A stretch of 64,000 nucleotides of DNA, taken from NCBI GenBank assembly GCA_944389225.1, contig CALXLP010000003.1, forward strand, positions 31,206 to 95,205, written 5' to 3'. The notes under the pieces are model-generated. The model saw only the letters and a program-made list of their open reading frames with translations, was not told the origin of the DNA and did not search any database. The position numbers and the translations under genes are program-made. Positions 47,102 through 54,849 of this stretch are shown here, in pieces (within the stretch, counting starts at the first letter, position 1; each line of letters begins with the position of its first letter). This DNA is from an uncultured Clostridia bacterium (GTDB taxonomy: Bacteria; Bacillota; Clostridia; TANB77; CAG-508).

Positions 47102-48019
47102 ATGTTAGCAAATAAACTAAAAATAGGAGATACTATAGGAATTGTATCACCTTCTACACCGATCATAGGAGATAGAGAAGAGGCATTAAATAAAGGAAGA
47201 AAATTATTAGAAGAAATAGGGATAAATAGTGTAAAGGGAAAATATGTTAATAAAAATACATTAAGGTATTCTGCAACAAAGGAAGAAAAAGCAGAAGATA
47301 TAAACAATATGTTCTCTGATAAAAATATAAAAGGTGTGTTTTCTTCAAAAGGAGGAGAAAATAGTTTTACTTGTTTAGGATTGATTGATTATGAAAACAT
47401 AAAGAAGAATCCGAAAATTGTGTATGGGATTAGTGATGCGACAAATTATCTAAATGCCATATATGCTAAAACAGGATTAATTACATTTCATCAATCAGAT
47501 GTAAAAAGTTTTTCTCTAATAGATAAAAATAGTTTTGAATTTCAAGATTTTAAACGAAGATTAGTTGATGGAGAAATAGGAAAGATACATAAAAATTCTA
47601 AATGGAAATGCTTAAGAGAAGGGATAGTAGAAGGTATTATTGTTGGAGGAAATTTAAAGGCATTAATGAATTTATTAAATACAGAATATATGCCAGATAT
47701 AACAGATAAAATCTTATTTTTAGAAGCATATGCTAGTTCCACACCATTAGAATTGGTGGATTGTTACTTATCAGTTTTAAAATATCATAAAGTATTTGAT
47801 AAAATAAAAGGATTATGGATAGGACATTATCATGGAGATACAGAAACTGTAAAATTTGAAGATGTTATTATGAATAATTTAAAAGATTACCATTTCCCAA
47901 TATTAAAATGTGATGATTTTGGACATGATTGTGAAGACATAGTGATTCCAATTGGTGGAAAAATTAGATTAGATGCAACGAATTGTGAAGTAGAAATATT
48001 AGAAAAGATTGTAAATTAA
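47102..48019 (+). CDS. LD-carboxypeptidase (peptidase S66, LdcA/MccF-like)
   Basis: 'GDTIGIVSPS', 'GGENS' and 'GISDATN' (nucleophile Ser), plus a C-terminal 'FGH' His region. Confidence 0.8.
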   Translation: MLANKLKIGDTIGIVSPSTPIIGDREEALNKGRKLLEEIGINSVKGKYVNKNTLRYSATKEEKAEDINNMFSDKNIKGVFSSKGGENSFTCLGLIDYENIKKNPKIVYGISDATNYLNAIYAKTGLITFHQSDVKSFSLIDKNSFEFQDFKRRLVDGEIGKIHKNSKWKCLREGIVEGIIVGGNLKALMNLLNTEYMPDITDKILFLEAYASSTPLELVDCYLSVLKYHKVFDKIKGLWIGHYHGDTETVKFEDVIMNNLKDYHFPILKCDDFGHDCEDIVIPIGGKIRLDATNCEVEILEKIVN

Positions 48020-48113
48020 AAAATGAAGCAAATTTTATTACAAATAACTTTTCAGAAAATAACTTATATGTTATTATATAAGTATCTAGATTTTATAAGA
48101 AAAGGGGATTAAG

Positions 48114-48884
48114 ATGAAAAGAAAAATAGCAAGAATTTTTATGATTTGTATAGTACTTATAGTGGTGAATATCATGTTTTTTAATAAAAAAGCATATGCA
48201 TTGGAAAATACATATAAAGGATTTGAGGTAGTTGGACAAATAGAAATACCAAAAATATCTTTAGATTTACCAATATTGGAAACGGTTAGTCAAAGTTCAT
48301 TAACGACATCTGTTGCATTTTTATATGGTGTAGGAATTAATCAAGTAGGAAATACGGTTATTGTAGGACACAATTATCAAAATGGTACATTTTTTTCTGA
48401 TTTAGACCAATTAGAAAGTGGAGATTATATAAAGATAACAGATATGGAAGATAATGTTATCAATTATAAAGTTTATGAAACTAAAATAACCACTCCAGAC
48501 GATGCTTCTTTTTATAATAGAGATACAAACGGAAAAAGAGAAATCACTTTGACAACAACAACTGATGATACTTTAAAACGTTTTGTTGTCTTTGCTTCAG
48601 AAACAACGGATGTTATTGATGATTCTAATGATAACAATAATCAAGACTCATCATCTAATAGCACAGATAATTCTGTTAGTGAAAATCAAACAGATAAAGA
48701 TAATGGTAATTCTAATAATTCCAATATATCATCAACAAATATAATCAATCAAGATAATACAATTACAACAAAAACAGCATTACCAAAGGCAGGAAGAAAT
48801 TTAGTATTGAGTATACTTGCACTTATAACAATCATTGGTATAATCATTAGTTATTATAAATTTGAAAAATATAAAAAAGTTTAA
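48114..48884 (+). CDS. Sortase-fold protein lacking the catalytic Cys (TLTTT instead of TLxTC), with its own C-terminal LPKAG sorting signal
   Basis: N-terminal TM. 'GQIEIPKISLDLPI', 'GNTVIVGHNY' (His) and 'REITLTTTTDD..KRFVVFA' (Arg present, Cys replaced by Thr at codon 48558-48560). An S/N/D-rich linker precedes 'LPKAG', a TM and 'YKFEKYKKV'. Confidence 0.8.
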   Translation: MKRKIARIFMICIVLIVVNIMFFNKKAYALENTYKGFEVVGQIEIPKISLDLPILETVSQSSLTTSVAFLYGVGINQVGNTVIVGHNYQNGTFFSDLDQLESGDYIKITDMEDNVINYKVYETKITTPDDASFYNRDTNGKREITLTTTTDDTLKRFVVFASETTDVIDDSNDNNNQDSSSNSTDNSVSENQTDKDNGNSNNSNISSTNIINQDNTITTKTALPKAGRNLVLSILALITIIGIIISYYKFEKYKKV

Positions 48885-48928
48885 TAAAGAAGGCTAAAGG
48901 AATTAATAAAGTAAATAGATAAAAATGG

Positions 48929-48973
48929 AAGTTCTAAAATTTCAATATAATGTTGAAGTTTTAGAACTTTTTT
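48929..48973 (+). terminator. Rho-independent terminator
   Basis: Stem AAGTTCTAAAA / TTTTAGAACTT followed by a T-run. Confidence 0.75.
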
Positions 48974-49040
48974 AATAGAAATACACCTTTTATGTAAAGA
49001 AAACATAAAATATAACAAAAACATAAAAGGAGGAGAGAAC

Positions 49041-49397
49041 ATGTCTAGCTACATAATACAAGGAGGAAATCGACTAGAAGGAACAGTTAAAATATCTGGT
49101 TCTAAAAATTCAAGTTTACCGATTATTGCAGCAACCATATTAAATGGTGGAGAAACCACATTATATAATGTACCCAATATTCATGATACACAAATGATGT
49201 TTGAAATCTTAAGACAAATAGGAGGAAAAGTAACCAAAAAGAAGAATAAAGTCATCATTAATACAAAAGACATTAACAAATATGAAATACCAGAAGAACT
49301 GATGAGACAAATGCGTTCTTCTGTGATTTTTGCAGGAAGTTTGTTAGGAAAATATAGGAAATGTACCTTATCTTATCCAGGGGATTGCGATATTTGA
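49041..49397 (+). pseudogene. murA: murA 5' fragment (UDP-GlcNAc 1-carboxyvinyltransferase residues 1 to about 113), truncated by element insertion
   Basis: Canonical MurA N-terminus 'IIQGGNRLEGTVKISGSKNSSLPIIAATIL' ends '..LSYPGDCDI*' at the junction with the element. Confidence 0.9.
49377..49397 (+). other. attL core
   Basis: CCAGGGGATTGCGATATTTGA matches attR ACAGGAGGTTGTGACATAGGA at 14 of 21 positions. Confidence 0.6.
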
Positions 49398-49458
49398 TTG
49401 ATACATCGGACAAGTTTAAGATAAATGAGTGGATACAGGAATTTAAATAATAAAATAG

Positions 49459-49495
49459 ATAAGCTTTAAAAGTAATATTTTAAGGCTTATTTTTT
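49459..49495 (+). terminator. Rho-independent terminator just inside the left end of the element
   Basis: Stem ATAAGCTTTAAAA / TTTTAAGGCTTAT (1 mismatch) followed by T5. It would stop read-through from truncated murA. Confidence 0.6.
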
Positions 49496-49569
49496 AACCT
49501 TAAAACTATACTAAAAATTATTTTAAAAACCACAAAATTGAATGTGAGGCGAAAGGAGATGTAGAAAAT

Positions 49570-50106
49570 ATGGTAACACAAAAACTAAAAGGACTATGGA
49601 TACCAGTAGAAATTTTATTAAATAAAGATTTATCAGATAAAGAAAAGATAATACTATCTATGATTTTGTATTTAAGCGAAGAAACTAAAAGTTGTTTTGC
49701 CAGTAATAAATATATAGCAAGTATTGTAAATGTAACAGCAAATAGAGTATCTAAAATTATAAGTTCTCTGAAAGAAAAAGAGTATATAAAAGTAAAATTA
49801 AAATATAAAACAGACAGTAAAGAAATAGAGCAAAGACAAATTACACCTATTGTTCAAAATATTAATAGGTATAATTCAAAAAGCCAAGAGGATATTGAAA
49901 CAAATAACTATTTAAATAGTCAAAAACAACAATACCCTATATATAATAAAGACAAAGATATAATAAATAATATAAAAAATAAAAATAATTATAATAAATG
50001 GGACACATGTAAAAAGGAAAATACTTCATATAGAAGCGACAGAAATTACGATGACTTCGATTGGAGTAGCTTATATGCAAATTTAAAAGAGGTTAATTCT
50101 ACTTAA
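49570..50106 (+). CDS. Helix-turn-helix protein, plasmid/phage replication-initiator-like N-terminus
   Basis: 'GLWIPVEILLNKDLSDKEKIILSMILYLS....CFASNKYIASIVNVTANRVSKIISSLKEKEYI' is a winged-helix pattern common in small Firmicute replicons. The tail is N/K-rich. Confidence 0.5.
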   Translation: MVTQKLKGLWIPVEILLNKDLSDKEKIILSMILYLSEETKSCFASNKYIASIVNVTANRVSKIISSLKEKEYIKVKLKYKTDSKEIEQRQITPIVQNINRYNSKSQEDIETNNYLNSQKQQYPIYNKDKDIINNIKNKNNYNKWDTCKKENTSYRSDRNYDDFDWSSLYANLKEVNST

Positions 50107-50135
50107 TATTAGAACTAGCCTCTTTTTAAATTTGT

Positions 50136-50250
50136 CTAAAAAACTATTTATAGTTTTTTAGCAATCAAAAATAAAAATTTGCTTTTTTATTTTTGATTGA
50201 ATGGGGTGTGGGGCAATAGCCCTGCCATACAGACAAACTTGTTTGTCTAG
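50136..50250 (+). promoter_or_regulatory. Candidate oriT (three inverted repeats plus a GTGTGGGGC tract) upstream of the MobV gene
   Basis: Hairpins at 50136-50161, 50162-50199 and 50231-50248. GGGGTGTGGGGCAATAGCCC lies between them. The position immediately 5' of mob is typical for MobV oriT sites. Confidence 0.4.
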
Positions 50251-50302
50251 TATGTTAGACATTCAAAGAATATCTTAAGTAAAAAGGAGGTGCAAAGAAG
50301 AT

Positions 50303-51475
50303 ATGAGTTATGCAATTATAAGAAACGAAAAGATGACTAGAATAGAAGCAAAAGGAAGTTATGTTCATAATGAAAGAAGAACAAGAGGTCATACAAATAA
50401 AGATATTGATTCAGAAAAAACACGTTTGAATTATTACTTAAAGAAAAACGAATTGAGTTATATAAAAGAATTTGATAGATTAAAGAAAGAAAATGATTTA
50501 CAAGGACATATAAGAAGCAACAGTATAATAATGTGCGAAATGATATTTACATCAGATAAAGAATTTTTTGATGAAATTGGAGAAAAAGAAACCAAAAGAT
50601 ATTTTGAAGAAAGTTATAATTTTATATGTAGTTACAAAAATCTTGGAGAAAAAAATATAATATCAGCAGTAGTACATTTAGACGAAGGAACACCACATAT
50701 GCACTTGATATATATTCCAGTAATTCATACAAAAGATAAAGAAAGAAAAGAAATAGATAAAATATGTTGTAGGGATTTTTGGAAAGGTAGAGATAGTTAT
50801 AGGCAATTACAAAATACTTTTTTTGAATATATTACTTCAAAAGGATTTGAACTAGAAAGGGGATTGCCAGTTGAGGAAACAGGAGCAAAACATGAAAAAA
50901 TAGAAAACTTAAAGAAGATGACTAATTTAGAAAATACTAAAAAAGTATTAGATAATATAAAACTTGAATTACCAGAAACACCTAATATAAATGATATTAA
51001 ACTTATAAAATTAAATAGAGAAAAAGTAGAAGATGAAATCATTAAACCAAAAGATAAATTGATTAATGAGTTGTACCAAGAGAATAGGATTCTTCACAAA
51101 GAATTATCAAAACAAGTGAATTTAGTAGATAAAGTAATAAAATATGAAAAAGAAAGAAAAGAAATAATGTATGACAATAAAGAATTGCACAATGAAGTAG
51201 ATAAAATCAAGTCAGAATATAAAGAAAAAGCATTTGATTTAGAATGGAAATATAAAAGTAAAATTAAAAGTTTAGAAAAAGAGAATAGCCATTTGAATAA
51301 GATAATAGATAAATTTTATGAAGTGATGGAAAAATTTATAAAATGGATTTGTAAAAAATTCGATATGGGTGCTGAAGATTATTTAATGCGAGATTTCCAA
51401 AAAGAAACTAATACTTTATTGGATACTGAAAAACAAATAGAACACGAAGCCATAGAAAAGGATTTAGAAATGTAG
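50303..51475 (+). CDS. MobV-family relaxase (Mob/Pre plasmid recombination enzyme)
   Basis: 'MSYAIIRNEKMTR....GSYVHNERR' N-terminus and the 'VVHLDEGTPHMHLIYIPV' (HxDE..PHxH) motif. The C-terminus is coiled coil. Confidence 0.85.
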   Translation: MSYAIIRNEKMTRIEAKGSYVHNERRTRGHTNKDIDSEKTRLNYYLKKNELSYIKEFDRLKKENDLQGHIRSNSIIMCEMIFTSDKEFFDEIGEKETKRYFEESYNFICSYKNLGEKNIISAVVHLDEGTPHMHLIYIPVIHTKDKERKEIDKICCRDFWKGRDSYRQLQNTFFEYITSKGFELERGLPVEETGAKHEKIENLKKMTNLENTKKVLDNIKLELPETPNINDIKLIKLNREKVEDEIIKPKDKLINELYQENRILHKELSKQVNLVDKVIKYEKERKEIMYDNKELHNEVDKIKSEYKEKAFDLEWKYKSKIKSLEKENSHLNKIIDKFYEVMEKFIKWICKKFDMGAEDYLMRDFQKETNTLLDTEKQIEHEAIEKDLEM

Positions 51476-51568
51476 TCTTAAATTAAAGTGTTGAAAAAAA
51501 ATAAATGTAATGTTATAATTTTTTTGGGAATATAGAAAAATATTTTATAGATAATATTTGGAGGAAAA

Positions 51569-52429
51569 ATGGAAAAAGAAGATATATATTTATCAACAGC
51601 GAGTTGGGGAAAATCAGAACCAACATATGAAACCAAACAATTTTTATTAGCGTTAATTATAAAGGAAAAGATTAATAATAAAAAACCAAATATAATAGAT
51701 GCTGGAGCGGGATTAGGTCGAAATTCTATATATTTATCTGAAAATGGATTTGATGTAACAGCAATTGAATATGATGAAGGAGCGATTAATCCGCTTAAAG
51801 ATAATATAAGAGAAAATAATCAGTCAGATAATATAAGAGTTATCAATTTAAACATTATAGATTATTTAAGGAGACAAGAAGATCATAGTATTGATGCAGT
51901 ATTAGATAGTGGAATGTCTCATTATTTAACATTAGATGAAAAAGAAGAATATTTTATGTTGCTAAGACAAAAAATGGCAGAAGACGGATTATTTTCTATA
52001 ACTCATTTTTCAAAGGAAGACAAAAGTGCAAATGGCTTATCAGAAGATCAATTAAGATTATTATTAGAAGGAATGATTGAATTAGATGATATACATTTTG
52101 ACACATGGACTGACTCTATTTCTAAGAGTGAACATTTTGCATATAAAGGATTATTGGCTATGCCAGGTGGTCGTTGCAATGAAATTAAAGATATATATAT
52201 AAGAGTATATGAATTGATTTTAGATAAAAAAATAACAAGTGTGAAACAAATACATGAATATTTAAATGGCCTAAATGTCAAAACACAAATATTGGACAGC
52301 AAAACAATAGGACAAGGTGTAGTAGGTGAAATGCAACAAATAGAAGAAATAGATGCTACTATGTCAGTTCTTCAGGCACATCAACAGATAATAAGAAAAC
52401 AACAAGATGGAAGACAATATGAAAACTAA
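51569..52429 (+). CDS. Class I SAM-dependent methyltransferase with a C-terminal extension of about 90 aa and unknown function
   Basis: Motif I 'IIDAGAGLGRNSIYLSENGFDVTAIEYD' and post-I/II 'AVLDSGMSHYL'. SD TGGAGGAAAA. Confidence 0.7.
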   Translation: MEKEDIYLSTASWGKSEPTYETKQFLLALIIKEKINNKKPNIIDAGAGLGRNSIYLSENGFDVTAIEYDEGAINPLKDNIRENNQSDNIRVINLNIIDYLRRQEDHSIDAVLDSGMSHYLTLDEKEEYFMLLRQKMAEDGLFSITHFSKEDKSANGLSEDQLRLLLEGMIELDDIHFDTWTDSISKSEHFAYKGLLAMPGGRCNEIKDIYIRVYELILDKKITSVKQIHEYLNGLNVKTQILDSKTIGQGVVGEMQQIEEIDATMSVLQAHQQIIRKQQDGRQYEN

Positions 52430-52446
52430 AAAGGAGAAAATAAAAA

Positions 52447-52884
52447 ATGATTGAAAACATAAGTATAGAATATGCTAATGCTTATACAGAAGTTTTAGAA
52501 ATTTTAAGTAAAATGTCAAAAAATGATTATAATAAGATACCTAGAGATATGATACAAGTTTTTGAAATTTACAGCAATAAGGACTATGCTTTTGAATATA
52601 ATTTAAAAAAAGACTTTGACCAACAAGGTATTTCTAAAAGGGCCAAGTTAATTTTAGCAATTCTATTTAGAGACTATTGGGCTAATGATAATCAAAGAGA
52701 AAAAATTATTGCTAAGCAAAATTATGACAGACAAAAACTTGAAGAAGAAAAAAGAAAAATATATAATACGAATGTATTTAAAAATAAAGAAAATAATATT
52801 GAGACAGATGGAATAGAAAATATTTCAGAACAAGTTAATTTGATACAATATGAACATAAAGAGTCAATCATAAAAAAATTATAA
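52447..52884 (+). CDS. Hypothetical protein (145 aa)
   Basis: SD AAAGGAGAAAA. No recognisable motif. Confidence 0.55.
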   Translation: MIENISIEYANAYTEVLEILSKMSKNDYNKIPRDMIQVFEIYSNKDYAFEYNLKKDFDQQGISKRAKLILAILFRDYWANDNQREKIIAKQNYDRQKLEEEKRKIYNTNVFKNKENNIETDGIENISEQVNLIQYEHKESIIKKL

Positions 52885-52906
52885 ATAAACTAAAAAGTAT
52901 ATTTAG

Positions 52907-52945
52907 AAAATAGAACAAGTACTTATTTACTTGTTCTATTTTTTG
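52907..52945. terminator. Bidirectional terminator between convergent cargo genes
   Basis: Stem AAATAGAACAAGTA / TACTTGTTCTATTT followed by a T-run. Overlaps the stop of the minus-strand gene. Confidence 0.7.
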
Positions 52946-54220
52946 CAATATACCTGGCTTAATTTTTGTAATTCTAGCCTAAATTCTTCTATTTTACTAT
53001 CATTATAACTATTTCTTAATTCTCTAGCTTTTTCTGACCATTCTTTAAATTTATTTTCTTTAAATTCTTTAGGATGATTATAGTGTAAACCATGCATCCT
53101 TTTGTATTCCCTATTATATTCCTGCAAAATTAAACTGTTTTTTACTTTCTCTTTTCTTTTATTTAAAGCACCAATTTCTCTGCAAGTTTTTCCTGTATCT
53201 AAATATATATTATTACAATATTTTTGGTCATTTCTGCCTTTTTGATTTTTATTCTTACTAGTAGTTACAGGTATAAATAATTTGCCACAATTTTCACATT
53301 TATTAATTGTAAAATTATTTTGGATTATTTTAAATAATTCAAACCTAATTTGTTCTTCAGCATTAGCTAATTCATACACTTCTTCAGCCATAATATGCTT
53401 TTCTTTTATTAAATTAACTACATCTTCTACATCTAATCTTTTTTCTTGTAATGACAATTCTGCATTACATATATATTTTGTTTTGAATTTTGTATCTAAA
53501 AATAGTGCGTGTGCAGGATTAGTATTTACATAGTGTATATCAAAAACTCTTTTTGCTTCATATAAATATAATCTTTCATTAGTAGATAAGTTTTTTACAG
53601 TAGGGTTTTGAGAATATTTGCTAATCAATTCTAATCTTTCTTTTAAATCAGACTTTTTCTCCATAAAATCTTTTATCAATAAATCTCTAATTGTTTCAAA
53701 AAAATCCATATATTTTTTATGTGTTTTCTTAGATATTTTTTCTATTTTCTGAGTAAATTCGTGCATTATAAGATTTATATTATATTCGTTTTCTTCCAAT
53801 TCTTCAAAAAATTCATTTGGAGAGTATTCTGGATTTTCAATAAAGCATCCAATATCAGATTTAAATAATAAATCAGACCTAAATACTTTTGTATTATAGG
53901 TTTTTACAATTATATCTATTAATAATTGAGTATAGAAGTGTGTATAAGGAGAAAATTCTAAACACGCTCTAACTATTTGAAACATTTTAAAGAAACAATC
54001 TAATTTTTCATCCATTATATCAGATTCTTTTGCAGTTGATACAAGTTCTATTAATTGAGAGTATATATTTTTCAATCTTTCAAATTCTTTATTATCCATT
54101 ATAGCAAATTCATATAGTTTATCTCCAATATTATATTCAAAATCATGAATTGCACCAAAATATTCTCCGATTATTTTTTATTATAATTTTATTATTATCA
54201 ATTGCGAAATTAGTTATCAT
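52936..54220 (-). CDS. Hypothetical protein with a C-terminal Cys cluster. The N-terminal ~40 codons and SD lie in another frame (+1 frameshift in a homopolymer run).
   Basis: The track ORF 52936-54099 has no SD. ATG at 54220 follows GGAGGAAG and gives MITNFAIDNNKIIIK.., which joins the main frame (..IIGEYFGAIHDFEYNIGDKLYEFAIMDNKEF..) if one A of the A6 run (plus-strand T6, 54174-54179) is removed. Contains 'CENCGKLF...QKYCNN...C'. Confidence 0.6.
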
Positions 54221-54393
54221 TACAGCACTTCCTCCATTTAAAAAATAGACTATAACTATTTTGAATTTTACTTTAGCTATAGACTTATAAAAATCTATTT
54301 ACAAGCCATTTTAAGGCTTTTATAATAAAAATAGATAATAGAAAATAGTAATTATAAATAACTATTTTCTATAATAGTATAGCACATTGAAAA

Positions 54394-54422
54394 TTGAATA
54401 GCAAACTACAAGTACATATAAT
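54394..54422 (+). promoter_or_regulatory. Near-consensus sigma-A promoter inside the element
   Basis: TTGAAT (54394-54399), a 17-nt spacer, then TATAAT (54417-54422). Confidence 0.5.
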
Positions 54423-54583
54423 GATACTTTTGTCTGGCTAACGTGATGTAAAGGGGCAATTCTCTAAAAAGAGGAATGAGGGCAAATCTCATATGGGTAT
54501 TTGATTTACCACTTGTAGTTTTAGTAATAAGGACAAACAAGAAACGAATACAATTGATAGAAAGGTAGGTGAATACTCTGAAA

Positions 54584-54736
54584 ATGACAAAAAAGAATGA
54601 TAAGGATAAGAAGCAAAAAGACAAACTACCATTTGCAGTTTTTATATGTCCAAAATCAAATGTGGGTGAATTAGATGATTATAAACAGGTATTCACCGAT
54701 ATTATATCTGATAGAATACAAGAAAAATATAAATAA
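54584..54736 (+). CDS. Small hypothetical ORF (50 aa; below the ORF-track cutoff)
   Basis: MTKKNDKDKKQKDKLPFAVFICPKSNVGELDDYKQVFTDIISDRIQEKYK*. The SD (AGGTAGGTG) is weak and distant. Confidence 0.3.
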   Translation: MTKKNDKDKKQKDKLPFAVFICPKSNVGELDDYKQVFTDIISDRIQEKYK

Positions 54737-54805
54737 AAAAATGAGAACAAATTTTCGCAAACATATTGAAAAATTGTAAGAAATATGATATAAATAAGAG
54801 GATTC

Positions 54806-54830
54806 AACTGTTCGGAATTTCCGAACAGTT
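54806..54830. promoter_or_regulatory. Perfect 12+1+12 palindrome (operator-like) upstream of the DinD-like gene
   Basis: AACTGTTCGGAA-T-TTCCGAACAGTT, 20 nt upstream of ATG 54850. Confidence 0.6.
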
Positions 54831-54849
54831 AAAAAAGGAGATGAGATAT

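Noticed and set aside
54806-54830. LexA (Cheo/SOS) box in front of the DinD-like gene
   Set aside because: The Firmicute LexA consensus is GAAC-N4-GTTC. Here the half-sites are in the opposite order (GTTC-N9-GAAC), so it is kept only as an unassigned operator-like palindrome.
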